Shown one piece after another: positions 1 through 13,373 of a stretch of DNA of 64,000 nt. The notes under the pieces were generated by a model that was not told the DNA's origin, ran no database searches, and saw nothing but the letters and a program-made list of their open reading frames with translations. Every line of letters starts with the position of its first letter. The first letter of the stretch is position 1. The stretch is from Chrysomallon squamiferum (Eukaryota; Animalia; Mollusca). A program made the position numbers and the translations under genes. Where the stretch lies: the NCBI GenBank assembly GCA_012295275.1, contig CM022666.1, positions 1,426,001 to 1,490,000 on the forward strand, read 5' to 3'.

Positions 1-47
1 TGTGTGTGTGTGTGTGTTTGTGTGTGTGTCTTTGTCTATGTCTGTGT

Positions 48-86
<39 letters not shown>

Positions 87-267
87 TGTGTCTCTGTGTG
101 TTTGTGTCTGTGTCTCTGTGTCTCTGTGTCTCTGTGTGTCTGTGTGTCTGTGTCTGTGTGTGTGTGTGTCTGTGTGTGTGTCTGTGTCTGTGTCTGTGTC
201 TGTGTCTGTGCCTGTGTCTGTGTCTGTGTCTGTGTCTCTGTGTCTCTGTGTGTCTGTGTCTGTGTGT
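1..267. repeat. Compound (TG)n/(TGTC)n/(TGTCTG)n microsatellite
   Basis: Direct reading; accounts for ORFs 2..295, 4..354 and 6..365. Confidence 0.95.
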
Positions 268-675
268 GGGGGGAGACAGAAATCCAGCTGTGTGATACGG
301 ATTCATGCCAGATGCATTATGGGTTATTTGATACGAGCTGTTATCTGTACATAAAACTGCAATAAAATTAAGCAAGCCATTTAGCAAAATCCAATTTAAG
401 TGTTACGTTACAGCAGGCTTCCCTTCCCTTTTTGCTGCTTAGATAAAGCCCCGGGCACATAAACGCCACGACGGTAGTCGCAGATTATTGATTCAACGGT
501 AGCAGCGGCAGTAACATTGAGGACAACTTCCTTGGCAATAAGGGCATTTTTACCTGGCTGTTGAACCCAGTGTAATGAATTTCACATTAATGTATGTATG
601 TATTGATGTTAGCCCGTGACGCTGCTGTGAAATAAACAGTCGCAGGTGTGCAGCTGAAGGAGGTTGGTTTTAACC

Positions 676-1186
676 TGTACTGGAAACAACACAAATAATA
701 TACAGCAGTACAGATATTGAAAATTTAAATAGCTTAGATTTTATAGAAGTAGTTTTAGCTTGTACTGAAAACAACACATATAAGATATACAGCAGTACAG
801 ATATTGAAAATTTAAATAGCTTAGATTTTATAGAAGTAGTTTTAGCTTGTACTGAAAACAACACATATAAGATATACAGCAGTACAGATATTGAAAATTT
901 AAATAGCTTAGATTTTCTAACAGTAGTTTTAACTTGTACTGAAAACAGCACAAATAATATACAGCAATACAGATATTGAAAATTTAAATAGCTTAGATTT
1001 TATAGCAGTACTGAAAACAATACAAATATACAGCACTAGTACGTCAACACAAATATACAGCAGTACAGATATTGAAAATTTAAATAGCTTAGATTTTATA
1101 GCAGTAGTTTTAACTTGTACTGAAAACAGTACAAATATACAGCAGTACAGATATTGAAAATTTAAATAGCTTAGATTTTATAGTAG
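676..1186. repeat. Tandem repeat of about 87 bp, about 6 copies
   Basis: tgtactgaaaac...tacagcagtacagatattgaaaatttaaatagcttagatttt recurs at 676, 761, 848, 935, about 1008 and 1116. Confidence 0.92.
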
Positions 1187-2519
1187 TATATATATCTGAA
1201 AATATTAGCTTTGAAGTAAATGTATTTTTCACTCTTATATAATAATAGTAATAATAAATAAATACAAAATTATGTAGAAAGTAATTAGCTTTCTCTAAAT
1301 ATCAAAATATATTTTGTATTTATTTATTACTATTAAATATTTAATTTAATTTAATATACATTTTCTTATTCATATATTCATTACATAATGCGAAAATGAT
1401 TTTATTTCTGTAAATTAGCCCATAGCATGTCTTCATCATTAATCTGAAATTCTGTTATTATTTATGCTATTTCATATTTAATTTGTTGTTTAAATATTTA
1501 TATTCTTAAACACGCTTTAAAAAAAAAAATAATAAAATAAAATAATAATCAAAAAGGAAACAAAAAGAGGCAATGACAAATACAGCCTTTTACTATTTTT
1601 ATTTATTTTTAAACTGCCTTTTTAAATTAAAATGTTTCCTTGTTTCATTTTTAACTCGGCCAAAATCAAGAACATTTTATCGGTGTATCATCCAATGACT
1701 TAATTAGATCAGCCTGTCACATCATCAGATACATGTGTTTGTCCTCAGTTCACTGAAGTGAAAAAAAACAAAAAAATTCCCTTTTTTTTCTAAGCACTTT
1801 TTCTCTTTCTTTTTCGGCTTTTTCGTGTCATGCATGCTCACGTTTGGAACAATTCAATTTGGGATCTTAGTTCATACCAGTGTTTTAAAAATCAATAATG
1901 ATAACACATGACACCACTATCTTGCACACATAAATTTCATTCCATGTTATTTTTCCCGTCTTTAGCAAAACGATGGCTGGTCGATTAATGAAAATAAATC
2001 ATTTTTTATGGTGCTGAAAACAGGGTCCTAATCTTTGAGGGGCAGTATCCATAGCAATTTTGTCTGTATACCTTTTCACTTAGTCACTGATTTATTATTC
2101 AAATCTTCATTCGTTTAATTCCCCAGAAAACAGATTTTCCTAGTAAACCATCCATATGTACACATAAAGTTAAATAAAGTACAGCTTTTTGCAAATCTTT
2201 CATCTCTATCACGTTTTTAATGTTATTATTTTATTATTTTTATTTTCTATCAATAATATTGCAGAGACCATTTGTGGGTTCATAAACTGTAGCCTTATTG
2301 TTTTTAGAATATCAAACTGTTGACTTTTTTAAATGATTTTATTTTTTATTACCACTATTTGTCAACATTTCCAAAGCACATATGACATATTTTGATCTTT
2401 ATTTATTATTATTATTTTTAATAATAAACTGAATTATGCTGTTCCTTTTTTACTGGTAGGTATGAAAAAACACACACTGTTAATACTGTGTAAATATTGT
2501 AAAATGATACAGCTTGTCA

Positions 2520-2770
2520 TTTGAGTATGAGCATAAGGATCTATTCCTTTCAGGTTTTTTTGCCTTTCTCATTAATTTACTTTGTACAGGCCTATATACT
2601 TTTCTTGTTGTATGGGAAGATGCACATTAAAGATCATTTGCTGCTAATGTCAAAATGTGGTTGCATTTACTCTTAAGACTGTCATAAATATCAAATGTTC
2701 GACATCCATTAGGTGAAATTAGAAAATTAATCACGGGACTAATCAAATTAACTTTGTGGTATCAAATATA
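2520..2770 (+). mobile_element. Degenerate tRNA-derived SINE-like remnant
   Basis: Decayed B-box-like ggatctattcc, then gggaagatgcacattaaagatcatttgctgctaatg and aaatgttcgacatccattag. From memory this resembles gastropod SINE bodies; not verified by search. Confidence 0.4.
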
Positions 2771-2829
2771 CCTCTCTTCCTTGTACTCCCAGTGCCCCAG
2801 TTATTTTCATTACAGAGTAATTAATAGTC

Positions 2830-3430
2830 CTAGGTTCTTTATTAGTAACAGTATAGAATCTTATATTTATAAGACAGCCCAAAATATTGCAAAACTAGAT
2901 TTCTTTGTCATAATGATGTAGAATCATAAATTTATAAGATATCCCATGTTGTTGCAAATTTAGGTCCCTTTCATCATAACAATATAGAACCATATATTTA
3001 TAAGATATCCTATGGTGTTGTAAAGCTAGGTGGCTTTATCATAACTTAGGATTATGTATTTTAACATAGCTTATAATATTGCAGTTAAAGTTCCTTTTTC
3101 ATGATGTTATGGAGAACTGTTGTTTGTATGTTTGCAAGATGAACAGTGCCAAGTCAAAGTTACTTTTTCCTGACATTATTTTAGAACTCTTTATTTATAA
3201 GAAAAAATAAAGTTTGTGGTAATGATAGGTTCCTTTCTCATAACATAGAACTGTAAATAAATAAATATAAGACTACTTATTATATTGCAGTCTTAAATAA
3301 ATTATAAAATTAAAAAAATTAGAAAAAAATTGTATATTTGTATTTTGTAAATACCTTGTGGGCAGTACTAAATTCCTTTCATAATACAGAATTCATATTT
3401 ATAAGAAAACCCAAAATATGTAGCAAATCT
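2830..3430. repeat. Old, diverged tandem repeat of about 65 bp
   Basis: Core tagaa..atatttataaga recurs at about 2855, 2919, 2985, 3048, 3182, 3247 and 3388. Confidence 0.65.
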
Positions 3431-5143
3431 AGATGATTTAATAGTCAGCATATTTCAGGTTTTTATTGAAACTAGATAAAAGCAATTTCATTATGAAAAA
3501 ACAAACAAAAGAAACAAAATTTAAAAACAGATAAATCCAAAAAATAATAATAATAATAAAAAAAATAAAAATAAAAATAAAATGAAATAAGATAAGATAA
3601 GATAAAATAAAATAAATAAATATGTAAATGTATAATTAACTTGCATTATACAATAAGTGTTTTCTTTCTATCTGATTAATATATGAAACTATTCATCATA
3701 TTTGCTAAAAAAGAAATAAAAAAATAATTAAAAAAAAGAAATAAAAAGAAAAACCAACCAAAAAAAGAAGAAGTTTTTTTCACATTTGAACTATTTAAAG
3801 CATTTCATAGGTGCCATTTGTAAAGGGACACAACCCATTAAAACTGAGCTCTTTTGGACCAATCAATGGAAATAAGGTGAAAAAAGGTATTAATCTTTGC
3901 AGGTGGAACAAATATTCCATTAACTTGATTAATGTTTGAATTCATATAACAGAAAAAAAACACTTAAACACATAAAATGGTAATGAGAAATGTCAGGGGA
4001 AAAATAAAATACCAAAAAAAAAAAAAAAAAAAAAAAAGAAAAGAAAATAAGATAAAATAAAAAAATAAATAAATGTATTAAGTCAATGGTTATATTCAGC
4101 TGTTTCTGAAAAGATAATTCAATCTTAAATTTTATTATTTTTTTATTTTTTATCTCTGTCATCAACTTTATAAAAACATAAACAAATAACAAAAAGAGCT
4201 AAAAAAAACCCCACATACAAACATGAAAGAAAAAATATAAAATAAATAAATAAATTAAAACTTGCCCAATCTTAAGTATAAGATTATACTCTATTCTCAA
4301 GCTTAGTCAGGGGGCTGGGAAATACCTGTTTGTGATTTACAGTTACTTCCCAAGTGTCAGATTACAGCATTTACACATGTATCACAGGGAAATATAACTC
4401 TTTTCACCTGTATGGCTCTGTGTCGAATTTATCTTTGCGACAACTTATCAGTCAGAATGTCTTCCGAGTCTGGCTCTTGTAATTTACTTTCCGTATTAAA
4501 CCTTGAAATAAGCTTGAGGATACACTGAGGTATATGAGATGGTGTTGCAATATCCTATTTATAATGACTTTCTATTGAATAATTTATCTCTGTTTTCCAA
4601 GCAGATGTTAGCTAATGTTTCAGATTTATGTTTATCTGTTCGAATTACTGGGGTATTTCTTATCTGCACAATATAATGTGGATTTTATTGTGCTGTTTTG
4701 TAAAAGTTTATTTGCGTATTCAGTTTTAAATATATAGCTTAATGTCAGCACGTGATATTGCTTTAGAATAATGTTTATTGTGAATTTTACACTTCATTTT
4801 TAAATTTGAAACTTGGGATTTATTTTTTCTTGATTAAAAAAACCACAAAAAAAACAACCCAACAAATAAAAACAAATAAAAAAATATAAAAAATATATTC
4901 CAAGTAATTTTTTTATTTAATTTTTTTATTTAAAATTATGTTTTTAAAAAATCTAATGGCTGAGTTTAAAGCTATAATAGTATACCTGATTCATACATGC
5001 TCACTAAATGATGAACATAAACATGCACACACATGTTCAGACATGTGAACTATGTTATACTGAGTCATATGTCGTACAGTGTATAGATATATTTATTAAG
5101 TTGTATACTGAGCAGTACACAAACATATGTTCTTGGTTGTATT

Positions 5144-5408
5144 GAATCACATTTGTACAGTTCATAGACATATATACTGTGCAGTGCTTAGACTTTTGAG
5201 TCATGTTTTGTACAGTTCATAGACATGTATACTGTGCAGTGTTTAGACTTGAGCCATGTTTTGTACAGTTCATAGACATGTATACTGTGCAGTATTTAGA
5301 CTGTTGAGTCACATTTGTACAGTTCATAGACATGTATACTGTGCAGTGTTTAGACTGTTGAGTCACATTTGTACAGTTCACAGACATGTATACTGTGCAG
5401 TATTTAGT
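5144..5408. repeat. 54-bp minisatellite, about 5 copies
   Basis: gagtcacatttgtacagttcatagacatgtatactgtgcagtgtttagactgtt repeated; source of the periodic ORF 5256..5477. Confidence 0.92.
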
Positions 5409-8400
5409 CTGTACTTAAATATACTGGAATATTTTGAGTCATATATCATATTCTATTACCTCAGTAATTACAGATAATTCCAAATATCTTTTTTACAACA
5501 GTTATATGCGTCTAATAGACATCACTGTAAATTAAGTGGACTCATGTTTGCTGAAGAGTTATTATAAATATTCTACATGTCAGTTTTGCTTCTTGCTTTG
5601 TAACAGATATACTGAATAATTACTGCAAACAATATTTAATAATTACACCACTCTGCTCTGTAGTAATTAAACATTCCATAACTAAATTCAGAATACAGAT
5701 CTGATCAATTTAAATTTGAGCATAAGAACATGCACGAACTTACAGATACGTGAACAGAATACAACTGATGATTTATACTTTAATGATTAGTTAAAATATT
5801 TCACACAAATGCATCAAATATTTTTTTTTTTTTTATTTATTTAAATTAAAGAAGAAAGTCATGGCTGTATTGACATTCGAGGAAATATGTTAACAGAAAA
5901 ATGAGTGCCAGTACACTCATACATCATAGGAAAATGGTTTTCAGTTCCCATGACTTTTTCATTGATTCTGCTGAATTAAATAAATGAATTACTCCACACT
6001 GCATTTGCAGTATTTAGTTTGCTGTCATTAGTTGTAGAAGAAGGTCATTTATCTTCACGGGTTTTAAAGAATTTCTCAAAAAAATGTCAAAATCAACTAT
6101 ATGAGCAGATCAGTCTCTAGTTGTGTGTTCATTTGAAGGAGGGATTTAAAAAAAAAAAAAAAAAAAAAAATAATAAATAATAATAATAAATATTAATAGT
6201 TAAATTTTATTTTTTAAATAAAAATGTTAAAAAAAAAATAAAAAAAATAATATTAATATTAATAATAATTCAAAAATAAATAACATAAAATTAAATAAAA
6301 TTAAAAATAAAATAAATAAATAAATAAAAATAATGAAATAATGATATGAAAATAATAAAAAATAAAATAAATACATTTATTAATTTATATTTTTTAAATG
6401 TTTCCATTATCCTTTCATGTTTTCATTTAAAAAAAAAAAAAAAAAAAAAAACCCCCCCCAAAAACAATAATAACTAGCATCCAAAGTGTCGATTACTAAG
6501 TAGTTTTGTATTTAATGACTTTGTATTTATTTATTTATTTATTTGTCATGGGTACAGTTGAAAACCAAAGACTTATGCAATCCTATCTAACAACAACATG
6601 AAAATATTTTCATTAGCTTCATATAAAGTAATTTAAAATAAATAATCCCAAAACAACAACAAAAAACCCTCCAAAATCTATGGAAATAAACCAGTTAGTA
6701 TCACTTATCTGGTGAATTTCATTTTAAAAGCTGACAGCTTCTGACAAAAAAAAAAAAAAAAAAAAAATTAAATAAAACTTAAAATTAAAAATAAATAAAT
6801 AAAAAAATTCTCCAGAACTAGAAAAAATTATTTCAATTAACTTTATGCTTTTTTCTCTGAAATGAAAAATAAACATCAAAACAATAAATTATGTCAAGTT
6901 TGGAGTTAAAGTATTGACAAGCTGTTTATATTAAAATATTTTTCTAAGTCGCTTGCTTAATTTTTTTTTTTTTTTAATTAAAAAAAAACAAACAACAATG
7001 ACAAAACATTAATAGAATATAAACAGAATTTCAGATATCTTTATATGTTTTTTCTAAAACGAAAATAAAATTAAAAATAGTTTTGACATCAGCTAATAAA
7101 AAAATAAAATTAATAAATAAATAAATAAACAACATACAAACATTAATTTAAAGAATAGTTTTGTGTCACACACAGAAACACACACACACACACACATACA
7201 CACACAGACAGACTCACATAGACTGATATTAAATTAAATCCTTTGTTTTTGTGTATGTTTTTGTAAAATAATAAAATTCCAAAAGAAATAACAATTGTTT
7301 TGAGTGGGTTGAAGATTCCTGTTTTTGTTTGTTTATTGGTAATTAATTTTTATATATATATATATATATATTTTTTTTTGTACTGATATTAGGACCTAAA
7401 AAAAAAACAATAAAAAAAAAAAAATAAAATAAATAATAAAATAAATTAAAAATTAAGAAACTGTGTTTGTGTTGTTTCATAAAACAGAAATAAAAAAAAA
7501 AATAAAAAAAAAATAATAATAATAATAAAAAATATATATAAAATAAAAAAAAAAAAAATCGTGAGAGAAAATATTTCCATTATCTTTGTGTGGTTTCATA
7601 AAAGAGAAAAACAAATAAATACGTTTTGAAGGGCAAAAAAAAAAAAAAGTAAATGGTTGTAAAAGTTGGCATTTATTACTGGCATAACTGATTTGATTTC
7701 TATACAAACTGCTTGATTTAGTGCAAGCGAGAGGATGAAAAAACTGCCGACTCCTTGCTCGTTTTTCTTTCTTTTTTCATAGCTTGATATAAATGTACTG
7801 TCATACTTTATTATTACTGGCAAACACTGGTCTCCAAAAACAAATAAAACAGTCATTTGGAAATATAGAAAACTTATTTAGCAGAACCTCCCCCCCACCA
7901 CACCGAAAATAAAAAAATAAAATAAAGTTCCCCCCAAAAAACTTTTTTTTTATTAAATTTTCTTTTCTTTTTAATCTGGCATAAACTTTTTTTTATTCAA
8001 TTTTCTTTTCTTTTTAATCTGCCATTTAAACGTTTAAAAGTATAATTTATTGTGCTTACATAATTCATTTACCTTTTTTGGAATTTGAATTTTTTTTTTT
8101 TTATTATCTTTGGAGGTGTTTTGGTTCATTTCTGCAAATCTAGACTGATTTTTTAATTTTTTATTATTATTATTTTTTCTTTTTTGTATCTGTCATGAAA
8201 TATTTGTTTATTTAGGTTTTTTTGTTTAAAAAAAATAAAATAAAAAATAAAATAAAATAAATGTGTTGTCATAATAAAAGTCAACAAAATGGAAATTTTC
8301 AGCTTATTGCTAACACCATCATTATTCATACCAGTTATCAGTGACACTGACATTAATTAAAGAGAAAACAAAATCTAAAAAATTAAATAAATATGTTTAA

Positions 8401-8999
8401 GAGTGCTACTTCAAATATTAAATGAAATTTATAACCAAAAATGTTTTTTTTTCTTTCTTTCCTTTTTATTTTTTATTTATTATTTTCCTTCCTTCTTTCT
8501 TTCCCTTTTCTTATTTTCCACCATTTTTCCCTTCATTCATTCCTTCTTCTTTTTTTTCTTATTTTCTTTCCTTCATTCTTTCTTTCTTTCTTTTTTCTTT
8601 GGAAAGAATATTTTTATATATTTGTAATTTTGCTAATATTTGGCCTATTTTGTGGCCTAGACTTTTTAAGGAAATAGGTCCACATACAATTACATATAAA
8701 TATTACAAGGGAAAAATGAAAGGGTTACAAAAAATTAAATTTAAAGAACAATATATTCAAATGTAGTTTAATTTTAAGTATATAGAGAGGAAATTAGAGA
8801 AATTGGGTGTGCTTGTCTGTGTGAGTATGTGTGTGTGTCTGTAAGTATGTGTGTATGGGTATGTGTGTGATATGTGTTTGTTGTGTATATGTATAGCATG
8901 TGTTTGGTTCTAGAAAGTATATTTTCTGCCAGTGTTAAGTTTTAGTGCACTAACATGTTTGTCTGCTAATTGAACTAATAACCTGCTTGTTGTCTACAG

Positions 9000-9130
9000 G
9001 GATTACAGCTGAGCTGTACTATGTTCGCAACGGAATCATCAACAACTACGCCTTGTCTTTCAACCTGCCGATTCCAGCCAAAGTGGAAAACATCTACTTC
9101 ACATGGCAGAATCTCAGAGACAAACCTGCA
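9000..9130 (+). CDS. RYK: RYK exon, WIF domain N-part (GITAELYYVRNGIINNYALSFNLPIPAKVENIYFTWQNLRDKPA)
   Basis: tctacag|G acceptor, GCA|gtaagt donor; AELYYVRN...YALSF...FTW WIF signature; phase 1 to 0. Confidence 0.96.
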
Positions 9131-9141
9131 GTAAGTGTGTC

Positions 9142-9202
<61 letters not shown>

Positions 9203-10231
9203 CTGTGTGTGTGTGGGTGTATGTAGTGACTGTGTAATGTGGGTATGTTAGCAAATCTGTACAGTATTTATTTACGTATAACATAGTGAGTGTATGTAAT
9301 GTATGTGTGTGTAGTGTGTGTTGTGTGTGTGTGTGTTTGTAGAGTGTGTGTGTGGTGTGTAATATGTGTGGTGTGTGTTGTATAATGATAGTGGTATATG
9401 TATGTATGTTTGTAGTGAGTATTTGTTTGAGTGCGTCTCAGTATGTGTGAGTATCTATGTCTGTATTCAAATGCGTGTCTTAGTTTTTGAGTTTATCTGT
9501 GTATGTTTGTGTGCGTGTCTATGTGTGTTGGTTTTATTTGAATGTATATGTATATATATATACATATGACATGAAAACAAAATTTAAAAAAAGAAAAGAA
9601 AAGAAAATATAAGATAACAAATAAATACAAATTTATAATAAAAATTACTTTCATCTTCATCTTAAAAATATTAATATCATTATTATTATTATTTATTATT
9701 ATTGTTATATTTATTATTGTTGTTGTTGTTGTTGTTGATATAAGAAATGTATATATTTTTTGAAGATGTATTACAACATGAAGTTTTCGGTGTCACACCC
9801 GCGAGCTATGGGACCACCAGAAGCTAACATCTCTACTGGCGGAACTGTGCCCAAAGAACTGCAGGGTGGGTATCCTTGTGACTGATTTAGAAAACCACAA
9901 TTTCCATACACACATGCACATGCATATATTGATGCATGATTACGTACTCATGAATTTTGCATACTCATATACATCATTGCAAAGAATATGAAAGTTTAAA
10001 AATGTCATTTCAATAATAATAATAATTATAAAAAAAACAGTACCAGTTACATTTTGAACTTTGGAAAATTAAATTTTATGAGTCACAATTACAACAAGCA
10101 GCTAATGTGGTCTAAAAGATCGCTGTTCCAGTGAGTGCAAATAATAAAAATGTCTTAATGGTTTTATTATGGGTAAAAATGTTAAAATATTAAAATATGA
10201 ATCATTAAGAAAGCTTACAATGATATGAACA

Positions 10232-10322
<91 letters not shown>

Positions 10323-11295
10323 GAATTAATTTTTTTATGATGTTTTAATCTGAATAGAAAACTCGGCCTGTAGGGGGCCATTAATAATAAAATGATTGCA
10401 ATCATTGCTTCCGAAATATCAATCATTTCAGGGAATGTCAGAGATTATAAAATATTTTTGAAAAATTTAAAAACAAGAAAAAAAAAAAAAAAAAAAAAGG
10501 AGGAAGAAAAGAATAATAGCTGTAATAAAGTGTTAAAATAAATGAGATTATATGATATGTATGTGTCCACAGGGATTATACAGAATGATATCTGTGAAAT
10601 GATACAGAGAACTCATATTCAAAGAAAATTGCAAAGTAAACTGAAATCATATCTGATGTGTGGTGTAGCTCATTGATTTTGTACAGACTTTCGTTCTTAA
10701 TATTAGTAGGAAAAAAAAAAAAATAATAATAAAAAAAAAAAAAAAAATGAAGAACCTAAAAGCTTTAAACACAAACAATTCTCAAACAGCACTTAGTAAA
10801 ATTGAATAACAAAAATCCAAAATCTGTTTTTTTTTTTTTATTCCAAACTGATTTTTATGAAATTTTTCCAATTTTGTTTATATACATATTTACATATTTA
10901 CTTATTTGTTTAATTGTTTATTTATTTATCAATTTATTAAATTATTTACTTGTTTATTTATTTACATATTTATTTACCTATTTGTTCATTCAGATATTAC
11001 CATCTTTATTCATTTATTTAATTACGTATTAACGTAATTTATATATTAACGTAATTACATATTAACGTAATTTATATATCTATATATATGGTATAAAATA
11101 TATATTTATTTTTACATATTTATTTATGTACTGCAGTGTTCCGTGTGACTCTGCCGTGTACTGGACAAATGAGTGCTGAGGTGGACGTCACAATCACAAT
11201 GGACATCAGCATTTTCTCAGCTTCAAACCTCACAGTTCTCAACTTCAAACGGAGGAAAATGTGCATGAGAGGTACGAACTTGTTAAATCTTCATC

Positions 11296-11334
<39 letters not shown>

Positions 11335-12501
11335 CTTTGAATGTGTCTTCATGTTTGTCTGTATATGTTTGTCAGCTTGTAAAATATTAGTTACTGAATT
11401 TTTGATATTTAAGCTTTGGGACCTGATACAGGTATATTAAATAACAACCCAGGTTGAATATCCTTAACACTTGTATATGTAAAAACCAGCCCAAAAACAA
11501 AGATAAAACTGTTTCTGCTGCTATTAAGAAGTTTTGGATTTCAGACTTTTTCAGATCAGACAACATCAATCTGTAACATATAGCCTATATAAAATCAACA
11601 TTATGTCATAATGGTATTCCTGTGTTAGAATAAATTCTTAATACAAAACACACACACACATTTACACAAACACACACATTCACACATGTGCATGTGCACA
11701 CATACATACACACACAGAGTGTCAAATTGTAGTTAAATGAGTCAAAGGTTAATTACAAAAAACATTTAATATATAAGTAACAGTTATAAACACATCACAT
11801 ATTGAAAATACTGGTGATAACTGGTTGCAAACATTAAATATTGAATATAAATGTCATAGATGGTAAAAGACAATTTTTAAATATTCAGTATAATTTGTGT
11901 TATAGCTGGCTACAGGTATGCTGAATTACAAATATATATACATACCTATGTCACATTTGGTTACAAGCTCATAAAATAATGAATACATTTATGTCGTCGT
12001 TGGTTACATGCACATTAAATCTTCATTTTGGTACTGGTGTAAAATGGCTAATTATGTGCAATAACATATTGGATTACATGCATATTATTACACCCAGATA
12101 CATACATTCTGTATATCTGTCTGTCTGTCTGTCAGTATTAGTGACAGAGCCGTTTCAGCATGTAACAGTGAGACTGTGATCACATCTGGATCTGCTTTTC
12201 ATGCGCAATTGAGAAAAATGAGCTGCCATCTTGTTATGCTGTGTTTTAACACATGGTAGCCATTCCTCAATAACAATGCTAAACCTGCCACTTGAAATTC
12301 CTTCAATTGAACACCGTATTGCCAATGCTGAGGTCTTTTTCAGAAATAAATGTGATAGTGCTAAGAAATGAAGAGTATAAGTCATTCTTTCTTCAGTACT
12401 ATTTTATTGTTGTTGTTGTCATTGTTGTTGTTATTATTTATTATTATTGTTATTATGTTATTGTTATTCTTGTTAATACTGTTTTATTAATTAATTAATT
12501 A

Positions 12502-12554
<53 letters not shown>

Positions 12555-13282
12555 TTGTTTTATTTTTTTATTTTTTTTATTAATAAAGGGATGGTAAAAG
12601 TTTAAATCTGATCACCATGTATCCAGGTCAAATGTCATTTTCCCAAATATGATAAATTAAGAATTAAGACAAAAAAAAACAAAAAACTATCCAGTTTAAT
12701 CTTTTGTCAATATTATTAAATCTATTAACTTTTTAAACGTAATATTATTTTTATTTTTATTATTGTTTTTTAAGTTATTTATTTAACCCATTACATTGGT
12801 GCTATCTGTATTCTCTAATGTTAAAATGATTATAGAGTCTGACGTTTATTATCTAGATTTTAAAACATCTTCCTCTTCATATCAAGATTTTGTCCTGAGT
12901 GTGTATTATTTTATAGGCCTTATGTGCTGTTCATGTGTTTATATAAATGTTTTTGTGTTTTTGTGGGAGGTGATGTTTATATTTTATGTGTATGTTTATG
13001 TGCAAATGTGTGAGTTTGCATTTCCAGTCCTTGTAAAATAATGTAGACCAGTTTTTATTTTTTGTTTTTTGTTTGTTTTAATTTTAATTTAATTTAATAT
13101 TTTTCTTTTTATAGTTATTATTATTAACATTTATTAAAATATTTTTTATCAAAAGATATCTTTTAGTGTGTGTGAATTTAAGTGCATGAGAATGCAGAAA
13201 TTTACAGATATTGATAGAAGTGTTGATAAATACAGAGAGAAAGAGAGACAAAGGGGTGTGGTGTGTATATCTGTATACATAT

Positions 13283-13373
<91 letters not shown>

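Noticed and set aside
400-670. CpG-containing block as RYK exon 1
   Set aside because: No signal-peptide frame ending in a phase-1 donor; more likely intronic regulatory sequence, with exon 1 upstream of the window
12836-12898. Possible 63-bp phase-1 RYK cassette exon (ESDVYYLDFKTSSSSYQDFVL)
   Set aside because: Weak acceptor tract, weak gtgtgt donor and no RYK similarity; expected by chance in an 18-kb intron
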